Shown one piece after another: positions 1 through 8,759 of a stretch of 11,936 nt of DNA (position 1 is the stretch's first letter; each line of letters begins with the position of its first letter). The DNA is from Planctomycetota bacterium. Its GTDB lineage: Bacteria > Planctomycetota > Planctomycetia > Pirellulales > Pirellulaceae. Where the stretch lies: contig JAEZGD010000584.1 in the NCBI GenBank assembly GCA_023417165.1, forward strand, positions 1-11,936, in the 5' to 3' direction. Below the pieces are notes generated by a model that worked only from the letters and a program-made list of their open reading frames with translations, ran no database searches and was not told the DNA's origin. Both the position numbers and the translations under genes were made by a program.

Positions 1-22
1 TCCCATAGGTGCTGTTTGCCGA

Positions 23-478
23 TTAGAACTCCACGTCGTCGAGATTAAATTCTGGCAGCGATTCGACGGGCACTCGACGAGCGCGCACCACTAGACGGTT
101 CTCTGACTGAAGACAGGACTCCATAGATTCAGGCCAGTCGTCATCCTCTATACAACTGCAAAACATGAGCAAGTCGCCATCAATAGCGAACAGATACCTG
201 CTTACGATCGGTTGTAATTTGATCGAATCGAAAAGCTTGCGAGTAGACTCGCTGAACTCGCCAAAGTTGTAAGGGTGGCGAAACTCGTTGATCACCGTCA
301 GCCGGTGTGGAATACGTTCAGTATCGATGCTGATCCGAAAGAAATAGTAGCCACTCGTCCGCTGGCGAATCTCCAGTTCCTCTCCCCTAAAGAGCCAGCC
401 ATATCCAACCTCCTCGAGAGCGCACTTACCATCTTGTCTGGCTTCAAACGGTTGCCAGGCACCCTCAAGCAGCGACAT
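23..478 (-). CDS. Hypothetical protein (151 aa), no recognisable family. Local GC (~50%) is clearly below the window average.
   Basis: Uninterrupted ATG-initiated ORF. There are no overlapping alternative ORFs of similar length. No motif I can assign to a family. Composition differs from neighbouring genes. Confidence 0.45.
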   Translation of the reverse strand: MSLLEGAWQPFEARQDGKCALEEVGYGWLFRGEELEIRQRTSGYYFFRISIDTERIPHRLTVINEFRHPYNFGEFSESTRKLFDSIKLQPIVSRYLFAIDGDLLMFCSCIEDDDWPESMESCLQSENRLVVRARRVPVESLPEFNLDDVEF

Positions 479-675
479 CGCGACCTCTGAGCAGAATGGC
501 GGGTGGGGATGCTCGTAAAACGGACTGTAGCGTCGAGGATGACGAACTCTCAGTCAAGTCTTTGCGGCAAGCCAGCGACGAAGCATGGCTTCGCCCTCCG
601 TTCGGCCCATCGTCGCCCCCTGTTCGCGGAGCGAAAGGCGACAGACAGGCGGGCGAAAGAAGCTACAATAAGGCT

Positions 676-1032
676 ATGCCAGCACCCGATGCCTTTGATC
701 CCGTCGCCGATGGGCGGACGTGGCCGCGATTCTTTGCCAGAGCAGCGATTCTGTCGCCGTTTGCGGCCATGCTGTTGATTGCGCTGGCGCGCCAAATAGA
801 ACGCCATCGCTCGCCCGGCATGGCGGTGATGATCGAGAATGTCTCGAATGGCGCAAGCGCGAGCATTGCCGTCTTGGGATTCGTGCTTGGCATCGCCGGC
901 ATGATCGGCGGTTGGCGACGGCGCTCTCGCGATACGATGATGATCGCGGGACTAGGGCTCTTCGTGAGTGGCGGCTATCTGGTACTGGCGATCTTCGCCA
1001 ACGTGCTCACCGCGATGATGCGCCAGGGCTAA
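676..1032 (+). CDS. Small integral membrane protein (about 118 aa, 3 predicted TM helices). The ORF-track start at 496 is probably too far upstream.
   Basis: The C-terminal 110 aa are hydrophobic, with helices such as AAILSPFAAMLLIALA, IAVLGFVLGIAGMIGGW and GLGLFVSGGYLVLAIFANVL. A start at 496 would sit only 17 nt from the divergent start of the 23..478 gene. The internal ATG at 676 is preceded by AAGG. The start is uncertain (alternatives 496 or 820). Confidence 0.4.
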   Translation: MPAPDAFDPVADGRTWPRFFARAAILSPFAAMLLIALARQIERHRSPGMAVMIENVSNGASASIAVLGFVLGIAGMIGGWRRRSRDTMMIAGLGLFVSGGYLVLAIFANVLTAMMRQG

Positions 1033-1070
1033 GCCGCGCAGGCTACTAGCGTGCTCAAGAAAAGAACACA

Positions 1071-1093
1071 GGACGGGCGCGCGGTGCCCGTCC
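1071..1093 (-). terminator. Rho-independent terminator for the His-rich gene, on the minus strand.
   Basis: GGACGGGC(gc)-GCG-(gu)GCCCGTCC hairpin with an 8-10 bp GC-rich stem, 24 nt downstream of the TAA at 1117..1119. On the minus strand it is followed immediately by UGUGUUCUUUUCUU (reverse complement of 1051..1070). Confidence 0.65.
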
Positions 1094-1116
1094 TGCGTCG
1101 ATCACTGGCACTGACG

Positions 1117-1368
1117 TTACCAGTTGCATCCGTAACCGCCGTAGCCGTAGTACGGATTGTAATACGGCTGGATGACAATCGGCTTGTGGTGATGGTGGTG
1201 GAAGTGACCGTGTTTGTGATGGTGGTGTTTGTGGTGATGATGATGGCCATGGTGATGGTGCTTGTGATGATGACCACCACCGTGAGCGCTCGCCACACTG
1301 ACGCCGCCCAACACCAAGATCGCCGCGACCACTGCCAAAGCCAAAACTCGGGATACCAAACGTTTCAT
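1117..1368 (-). CDS. Secreted or periplasmic histidine-rich small protein (83 aa): Sec signal peptide, 34-aa poly-His/Lys/Gly tract, Tyr/Gly-rich C-terminus ending GCNW. Putative metal-binding protein.
   Basis: ATG at 1368 is preceded by GAGGAGG with a 7-nt spacer. An alternative in-frame ATG lies at 1386. The N-terminus MKRLVSRVLALAVVAAILVLGGVSVASA-HGGG has a typical n-h-c region with an AxA cleavage site. The mature part is HGGGHHHKHHHHGHHHHHKHHHHKHGHFHHHHHKPIVIQPYYNPYYGYGGYGCNW (29 His). It lies on the same strand, 127 nt downstream of the MNIO-partner gene. Confidence 0.7.
   Translation of the reverse strand: MKRLVSRVLALAVVAAILVLGGVSVASAHGGGHHHKHHHHGHHHHHKHHHHKHGHFHHHHHKPIVIQPYYNPYYGYGGYGCNW
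1183..1284 (-). repeat. Imperfect CAC/CAT(/AAA/GGC) trinucleotide microsatellite encoding the His tract. Slippage-prone.
   Basis: The plus strand reads gtggtgatggtggtggaagtgaccgtgtttgtgatggtggtgtttgtggtgatgatgatggccatggtgatggtg. These are GTG/ATG triplet iterations in frame with the His codons. Confidence 0.5.
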
Positions 1369-1495
1369 GGAATGCCTCCTCGGCATGAAGTTACCGCCCT
1401 GGAAATCCGCTCGTCTTAGTGACGAGCTTCTTCCTGTCTAAGCGGCCTCCTGCGAGAAGCGTTACACGACGATCAGCGATTTAATTCGCAGCGTC

Positions 1496-2245
1496 TCATG
1501 CCACCGCGACCAATCCCATCGCCGCCAGATCGCGCACGATGTCGAGCAGATCGTCGTTCGGCGCGGCCTTAGATGTCGCCGCCCAGGACAAGTAGGTCAC
1601 GGGTCCTAGCGCCGCCAACTCGGCCAACAGCGCGCTGCCGCAATCGTCGAGCGCTGCGGTGCTGATCTCGCCTGCGACGGGAAAGAAAACGACGCGAGTT
1701 GTACGATCGACTTGCTCGCCTAACAGTTCGGCGGTGCCAATCGTCGTCCAGACACGAATCGGATTGAGATACAAGATCGCCACCCCGGCAGGCAACTGCT
1801 CGACGAGTGCTTGCGTCACGCTCCAACGCTCATGAAAGCGCATATAGTCGAGCCGATGCTCGCGCGCCAGCGCTTCGACCTGATGCCGGGCGCGCTGGCA
1901 AGCGATGTAGTCGAGCTGCCGCGACGACAAGCGGCGCATTTGCTCGAGCCAGGTCAGCATGCGATCACAATCGCTGACGCCGGTATCGTAGGCTGAGAGT
2001 GTTGTCTCGCGGACATAGGCTTCGACGAGATTGTCAAAGCGCCGGAACGCCGGAGCGAGGAACTCCAAGCCATTCATCAGCTTCTCGAAACGTTTGTCGA
2101 GATTGCCGTCGACAAACATTTTGACTGCCGCCGGCGTCGAATCTGGCGCCAAATCGACGGCAATAGCTTCACTATTTGCATGCGCCAGCGCACGAGTCAT
2201 GCGCAACAGGTGATCGCGATACGTCGACGGGGTTTGCACCACCAT
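1496..2245 (-). CDS. Putative MNIO partner protein (MbnC/DUF2063-like position and size, about 249 aa). The family assignment rests on gene context, not on recognised motifs.
   Basis: It lies immediately downstream of the DUF692 gene on the same strand. ATG at 2245 is preceded by GGGAGG with a 7-nt spacer. The longer ORF-track version starts at a TTG at 2320, 5 nt after the MNIO stop. Known MNIO systems (MbnBC, TglHI, BufBC, ChrHI) pair DUF692 with a 250-280 aa partner encoded directly downstream. Confidence 0.5.
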   Translation of the reverse strand: MVVQTPSTYRDHLLRMTRALAHANSEAIAVDLAPDSTPAAVKMFVDGNLDKRFEKLMNGLEFLAPAFRRFDNLVEAYVRETTLSAYDTGVSDCDRMLTWLEQMRRLSSRQLDYIACQRARHQVEALAREHRLDYMRFHERWSVTQALVEQLPAGVAILYLNPIRVWTTIGTAELLGEQVDRTTRVVFFPVAGEISTAALDDCGSALLAELAALGPVTYLSWAATSKAAPNDDLLDIVRDLAAMGLVAVA

Positions 2246-2325
2246 GAGCAAGCCTCCCAAGCGAGAATGTCGAATGTCGAAATCCCAATGTCGAAGCCAT
2301 TCAACACGGGGATTTCCCAATCCTC

Positions 2326-3162
2326 TTACACACGCACCACGGGCCGATACGTTTCCTCGGCGATCGCCCTGGCGAGCCGCGCTTCGGCGCGCCAGCCGCG
2401 CTCATCCGGAAAGTTTTGATCGCGTTCGATAAAGATGGCGTCCACCTTGCCGCGGCCTTGCTGCAAGCCGAAGCGGTACAGTTCCCACACCGCATCGGGA
2501 ATGGGATGCGAGTGACTATCGATATACATGCCAGCCGCTTCGTCGAACACACCGCCCGCCAGGTGCATTTGCACCCGATGCGCCGAAGGCATCACCTCGG
2601 CGATGAACTCGTACGGATCGAACTGAAAGTTTAGCGCGTTGGCATACACGTTGGTCACGTCCAATAGCCAGCCGCAGCCTGTGCGCGTCAGCAATCGCGA
2701 GACAAACTCCGCTTCGCTCATCTCGCCTTGCAGGCGAAACAAGTAAGCAATGGTTTCGATGTAAAACGTCAGCGGCTCGAAGTAGTTCTGAATCTGATTG
2801 ACGTTGCGGCACGTGGCATCTAAGGCCGCTTCGGTCCATGGCGGAGGCGCAAAGTGCCCCATTTCGACGCCATCACGAACGTCGCGCGTGAATCCCAGAT
2901 GATCGCTGATACTCGCCGCGCCGTTTTCGAGCGCGATCTCGCGCAGCGCGCTTAAGTATTCGAGGCCCGGCGCTTCCGGACTGCATGGCGACAGCTTCAG
3001 CGCATGCAGGCTGACATAGGGGAAGTCGGCATCGGCGAGATAGCGTTCGATGCGCAGCGGATCGTCTGCACGCTCGAACGTGATTTCGCAGGCGTCGATC
3101 GCTGGATCGTCCAAGTAGGGCCGATTCTGTTCGCGCAGCGCATAACCGATGTAAGGTAGCAT
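2326..3162 (-). CDS. DUF692 / UPF0276 family multinuclear non-heme iron oxidase (MNIO; MbnB/TglH/BufB-like), 278 aa.
   Basis: The sequence carries the family signature blocks: IGYALR near the N-terminus, SISDHLGF, WLLDVTNVYANALNFQFDPYEFIAEVMPSAHRVQMHLAGG and DSHSHPIPDAVWELY. These correspond to the conserved metal-ligand regions of DUF692 proteins (xylose-isomerase-like TIM barrel). The length is typical. Confidence 0.85.
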   Translation of the reverse strand: MLPYIGYALREQNRPYLDDPAIDACEITFERADDPLRIERYLADADFPYVSLHALKLSPCSPEAPGLEYLSALREIALENGAASISDHLGFTRDVRDGVEMGHFAPPPWTEAALDATCRNVNQIQNYFEPLTFYIETIAYLFRLQGEMSEAEFVSRLLTRTGCGWLLDVTNVYANALNFQFDPYEFIAEVMPSAHRVQMHLAGGVFDEAAGMYIDSHSHPIPDAVWELYRFGLQQGRGKVDAIFIERDQNFPDERGWRAEARLARAIAEETYRPVVRV

Positions 3163-3241
3163 GGCATCTCAAGGCAAGAGGGAAGGGCAAGTCCCAAGTG
3201 CTCGTTCCCTCGCAGCACTTGGACTTGTTCATGCGGCCGAC

Positions 3242-3370
3242 TTACCAGCACCGACAACAGCGACAGCAACGGCAACAACGGCCGCCGCGCCGCTCTTGCA
3301 CGCCTTGGCGCTGGGTTGTCTTGAGGTTGACAAGTTCCCGCACCGCCTTGGTTTTGGGCTTGGTCTTCAT
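3242..3370 (-). CDS. Candidate RiPP precursor peptide (42 aa), MKTKPKTKAVRELVNLKTTQRQGVQERRGGRCCRCCRCCRCW. Lys-rich leader plus poly-Cys/Arg core. Absent from the ORF track because it is below the 60-aa cut-off.
   Basis: Hand translation of the minus strand gives ATG at 3370..3368 preceded by GGAGGAG (3376..3382 on plus) with an 8-nt spacer, and a TAA stop at 3244..3242. It is on the same strand, 79 nt upstream of the DUF692 start. Seven Cys fall within the last 11 residues. This is the canonical position for an MNIO substrate gene. Confidence 0.6.
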   Translation of the reverse strand: MKTKPKTKAVRELVNLKTTQRQGVQERRGGRCCRCCRCCRCW

Positions 3371-3610
3371 CGTTCCGTCTCCTCCGTCGTGGAAAAGAAG
3401 CGTTGTCTTGGCCGATCGCCGGCGAGTGCTTTGTCTTGAGCCTCACTTCCGGCGATCGCGGTGACTGCTACCAGGGGCTTATCAAAACGCATCCCGCACC
3501 CAGCACGTGACGCGAGAAAGTAAAAGGACCGCCGAGGGGGAGTGTCGCACGGCCCGCGTGACACCAACACTTCTCCTTAAAGCAGTCGCCGTGCCAAAGC
3601 GATCACTGCG

Positions 3611-3678
3611 AACGCAACTTGCGTTATGAAAGCGACTTAAGTCGCAATCGGGTAGTTTGATAGCGATGCTGGCATCGC
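3611..3678. promoter_or_regulatory. Cluster of three short perfect palindromes between the RecQ stop and the precursor gene: AACGCAA-c-TTGCGTT (3611..3625), GCGACTTAAGTCGC (3632..3645), GCGATGC-tg-GCATCGC (3663..3678). Candidate operator sites or stem-loops.
   Basis: The dyad symmetry is seen directly. The sites lie 240-310 nt upstream of the precursor ATG and 60-130 nt downstream of the RecQ stop on the same transcribed strand. No U-tract follows them. Confidence 0.3.
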
Positions 3679-3741
3679 CACTGCGCCATCAAAATGAATA
3701 CGCCTTCAACTCAAATCGATGGCGCACAAGCCTGTTTAGAA

Positions 3742-5654
<1,913 letters not shown>

Positions 5655-5658
<4 letters not shown>

Positions 5659-6446
5659 GGTTGCTCTCGCTTCGGCTCCGAAAGCAGCAACGTATTCTTG
5701 CTGCGATCGATGCCAATCAGCCCGCCAGTCACCGGATCGCTGGCAATGCCTTGGCCGGTGAAGGGCGACTTCTCGATCTGCACTAGTTCGATCGGCTGCC
5801 CTAGCTTAGGCAATCGCAGACGATACAAGCGGCGATGGTCATGATCGGTCGTCAGCAACGCACCTTCACGCCACACGCCGCCCGAGAGGCTATACGTACC
5901 GAGCTGCTCGATGACCTCGGGAGCGTACGTCCAGCGTGCGATCTCTTTCCAATCGTGATCGAACTGCACCAAAAACGTTTCGGCGTTCTGCTTGCCATAC
6001 TTGGCGAAGTTGCACCACCAGTGATTTTCGTGATGAATCGCCCAGGTGAGGCTGCCGCCATAGTCGCCGAAGTCTTTGAACGTCGTGAGCTTCATCGTCT
6101 CGACGTCGAGCACCTTGATCTCGCTTAGCTCCGGCGTGCGCGGGTAATTCGAGTGCGCGCAATACAGCTTCCCGTTCAGGAAGAAGCCGCTATTAAGATG
6201 GTGCGCCTCGCCGGTGCTGACCGCGATGCGCTGGCCCGTTTGGCGGTCGTACTTGGCGACAACGCGGTTGTCGATCGCATACAAGTGCTTCTCGTCGGCC
6301 GCGGCCGCTTGATTGGCTTCCGCCGCGGCGATTGAGCGCGTGGCTTGCCACTCGCTGGCCGTCGGCTGCTCTGCCCAGGCGGGGCTGAGCAGGCTCAGCA
6401 GCATGCAAACGGTTGAAGTAGCAAGCAAGCGCAGCGACCTTGGCAT
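5655..6446 (-). CDS. Secreted hypothetical protein (263 aa) with an N-terminal signal peptide. Translationally coupled to the flanking genes.
   Basis: The N-terminus MPRSLRLLATSTVCMLLSLLSPAWA-EQP has an AxA cleavage site. The start ATG is 3 nt after the upstream ABM gene's TAA. The stop TGA overlaps the RecQ ATG. No family is recognised; the sequence is Trp/His-rich (HHENHWWCNF). Confidence 0.6.
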
Positions 6447-6449
6447 GAC

Positions 6450-6734
6450 TTAGCTCTTATAGACCTTGTGCTGCGGACGCCCGGCGAGGATTTGTTCCTT
6501 GCCCCAATTGGTCACATCACGAAACGCCTGGCTTTGGATGAACGCGGCGAAGGCTTGTTCGCTGGCCCATTCGCTGGTGATCAGGTACGAGGCGTCGTCC
6601 GTCACATCGCGCCACAGCGTCGAGGTTTTGTGGTCGGGCGCCGCCTTCAGGGCCTCCAGCACCGCGGCAAACTTCTGCTCGAAATCCTGCTGCTTGCCAG
6701 GCAGGACTTTGTAATTCATTCCAACGGTAATCAT
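6450..6734 (-). CDS. Antibiotic-biosynthesis-monooxygenase (ABM/Dabb-like) domain protein, about 94 aa.
   Basis: MITVGMNYKVLPGKQQDFEQKFAAVLEALKAAPDHKTSTLWRDVTDDASYLITSEWASEQAFAAFIQSQAFRDVTNWGKEQILAGRPQHKVYKS matches the ABM ferredoxin-like fold consensus (KVKPGKEEEFE...WESEEAFEAHLASPHFK...). The 143-aa ORF-track version begins at a TTG (6881) and its extra N-terminus is low-complexity. The ATG at 6734 has only a weak RBS. Confidence 0.65.
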   Translation of the reverse strand: MITVGMNYKVLPGKQQDFEQKFAAVLEALKAAPDHKTSTLWRDVTDDASYLITSEWASEQAFAAFIQSQAFRDVTNWGKEQILAGRPQHKVYKS

Positions 6735-7063
6735 GCTGCATCCGTAATGCGAGGGGAAAACAAACTTGGGAACGTTCGCATTGTACCGCGAACCTTCGCC
6801 CTGCGAGATAACTCTGCTCTGAGTAGGTCCCGCCTGCCGGGCGGGACTTGCGTTGCGATTAACCGCAGTCCCTCCGGCCAACCGAGCCGGAATTCTCGAG
6901 GAGCTCGATCATGCGTACTTCCTGCAGTATTGCGCAATCGAGCCTACGAGCGCGCTAAGTCCGACTTCGCGTTCCGCTGGGCTCACACTCTCCGCTGATG
7001 GTTCTATCCTTCAGTTTGCCGGCGCAGATGTTCTGCGACGGTTTCTTCCTTTCGAGAGTTGAG

Positions 7064-7504
7064 ATGACTGCCAAGAAGCCTAACCGCAAGCAGATGCTTG
7101 CGCACTGTGACGAGCTGCGCGACGACGACGGCGTCGACCCTCGCGAATTCTTTCAACGAAAAGCCAGCGGCTCGCGCCGCCAACACCACCGCAAGACCGG
7201 CCAACTCTGTCAGCAAGTGGCCGAAACATTGAGCTTGGTGCTCGGTAGCGAATTCGACGATCCACAACTGCACAACCTGCAAGTCGTCTCGGTCACGCCT
7301 GCGCCGGATGCGACGCAATTGCTGGTGACCGTCGCCACCGATGGCCCGCTCGACGAAGCGACAATCGCCGCCACGTACGCATGCCTGGCGCGCGTCGCTG
7401 GGCGATTGCGCAGCGAAGTCGCGTCCGCCATCACGCGCAAGCGAGCGCCGCGACTATCCTTCCGGATCGTTACGATCGCCAACAACCAGGAGGTGCAACC
7501 ATGA
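7064..7504 (+). CDS. RbfA-like (ribosome-binding factor A, KH-fold) protein with a roughly 30-aa basic N-terminal extension, 146 aa.
   Basis: The region QQVAETLSLVLGSEFDDPQLHNLQVVSVTPAPDATQLLVTVAT...LARVAGRLRSEVASAITRKRAPRLSFRI aligns to RbfA (RVAEEI..IL...DPRL..VTVT.VEVS.DL..AKVYVS....AL..ASGFLRS.LGK.L.LR..PEL.F). The start is uncertain (ATG 6998 or 7064; 7064 is preferred because GAGAG lies upstream). The stop TGA overlaps the rtcB ATG. Confidence 0.45.
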   Translation: MTAKKPNRKQMLAHCDELRDDDGVDPREFFQRKASGSRRQHHRKTGQLCQQVAETLSLVLGSEFDDPQLHNLQVVSVTPAPDATQLLVTVATDGPLDEATIAATYACLARVAGRLRSEVASAITRKRAPRLSFRIVTIANNQEVQP

Positions 7505-8646
7505 AGCTGCATACCTGGTTGGCGGAACCGCTCGCGCCCGAAGTAGCTGCTTCGCTCGAACGCATACAAGCGCTCGACGATGTGCAACATGTAGCGGTGA
7601 TGCCGGACGTCCACTTAGCGATCGAGGTTTGCATCGGCGTTGCGCTAGCGACGACCGAACTGATTTATCCCGCTGCGGTCGGCGCAGACATCGGCTGCGG
7701 CATGGCGGCCGTGCGACTCGAGGCCGATGCACAGCTTTTGGACAGCGAGCAGGCCGCTGCGACGGTCCTGGCAGATCTCTATCGCCACGTGCCGTGGAAT
7801 AGGCATCCCAAAGCGACGCAGCCGCAACTTCCGGCGACGATTGCAAACGCGCCACTCAGCGATCCGCGACTGGAACAGCTGCGCCGGCGCGATGGGCGCG
7901 TGCAGTTTGGCACGCTGGGGCGTGGCAATCACTTTCTCGAGTTACAGGCCGATCAGACGGGCCAGCTATGGGCACTCGTGCATAGCGGCTCGCGCTCGAT
8001 GGGCCAAATGATCACTGCGCTTCATCTGCTTAACCCAGACGCGCGATCCGGCGGCTTGGCTTGTCTCTTGGCCAGTGAACCGACGGGCCAAGCCTACCTG
8101 CATGACGTCGCCTGGGCGCTTCGATATGCCGAGCATAGCCGCTTGGCGATGTTGCAAGCGGCCGAGCGGCTGTTTCGGGAGCGGTTCGCGGTTGGCGTCG
8201 ATTGGAGCACGCTCATCCAGTCGCATCACAACCACGTCCGCTACGAAGAGCACTTTGACCAGCGCTGGCTGGTGCATCGCAAGGGAGCCCAATCGGCGCA
8301 AGCCGACGAACCTGGCATCTTGCCGGGCTCGATGGGGGCCGTCAGCTTTCATTTCGTTGGCAAAGGCTGCGCTGCAGCGCTTTGTTCGAGCGCTCACGGG
8401 GCAGGGCGGAAGCTCAGTCGCACCGAGGCCAGCAAACGCATTTCCTCGCGCCAGCTAGAGCAGCAGCTAGAGCAGCAGCTAGAGCAGCAGCTGGGGCGCA
8501 TCTGGTTCGATCATCGCCGGGCGGACCAGCTGCGCGAGGAAGCGCCTGCGGCTTACAAAGACGTTCGCGCCGTGCAGCGTGCCCAGGCAGAACTGACGAA
8601 AGTCGTGCGCGAGTTGCGGCCGGTGCTCAGCTATAAGGGGGTGTAA
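7501..8646 (+). CDS. rtcB: RNA-splicing ligase RtcB (381 aa).
   Basis: AGGAGG sits 7 nt upstream of the ATG at 7501. The motifs VAVMPDVHLA, PAAVGADIGCGM, GRGNHFLELQ, HSGSRSMG and SAHGAGRKL match the RtcB metal-binding and His-GMP active-site blocks. The ORF-track start at 7381 is the read-through frame of the upstream gene's tail. Confidence 0.85.
   Translation: MKLHTWLAEPLAPEVAASLERIQALDDVQHVAVMPDVHLAIEVCIGVALATTELIYPAAVGADIGCGMAAVRLEADAQLLDSEQAAATVLADLYRHVPWNRHPKATQPQLPATIANAPLSDPRLEQLRRRDGRVQFGTLGRGNHFLELQADQTGQLWALVHSGSRSMGQMITALHLLNPDARSGGLACLLASEPTGQAYLHDVAWALRYAEHSRLAMLQAAERLFRERFAVGVDWSTLIQSHHNHVRYEEHFDQRWLVHRKGAQSAQADEPGILPGSMGAVSFHFVGKGCAAALCSSAHGAGRKLSRTEASKRISSRQLEQQLEQQLEQQLGRIWFDHRRADQLREEAPAAYKDVRAVQRAQAELTKVVRELRPVLSYKGV
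8452..8493 (+). repeat. In-frame tandem repeat (cagctagagcag x3 plus a partial unit) encoding (LEQQ)3 inside rtcB.
   Basis: Three perfect 12-nt units at 8452..8463, 8464..8475 and 8476..8487, followed by cagctg. It translates to SRQLEQQLEQQLEQQLGRIW. Confidence 0.8.
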
Positions 8647-8759
8647 GAACCCCAAGATAGCCGCGCGGAAGCAAAATTCCGTCCTTCGAGTGATGCGAAC
8701 CTTCGGCGCGCCAGGTCGCTCTCCTTATGCTGTCGGGCCATGTGGCTCGGCAGCATGAC

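Noticed and set aside
2873-3232. 119-aa minus-strand ORF (MNKSKCCEG…) overlapping the MNIO N-terminus. Its Cys-rich start looked like a second precursor.
   Set aside because: It is in the same frame as the precursor but begins after the precursor's TAA, then runs out of frame through the MNIO gene. The MNIO frame carries the conserved DUF692 motifs, so this is a shadow ORF.
3161-3439. 92-aa plus-strand ORF (…TTATATATTAAAP…) overlapping the precursor peptide gene.
   Set aside because: It is the antisense reading of the Cys/Arg codon repeat. It has no RBS and a low-complexity Thr/Ala run. The minus-strand peptide has an RBS and functional context.
6827-6847. Perfect 8-bp stem-loop GTCCCGCC-tgccg-GGCGGGAC in the divergent intergenic region between the ABM gene and the RbfA-like gene.
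   Set aside because: There is no U-tract on either strand, so it is not a terminator. It may be a regulatory site, but there is nothing to anchor an interpretation.
7381-7500. RtcB N-terminal extension of 40 aa (ORF-track start at 7381).
   Set aside because: It is the out-of-frame tail of the upstream RbfA-like gene. The ATG at 7501 has a perfect AGGAGG RBS and matches the known RtcB N-terminal consensus.
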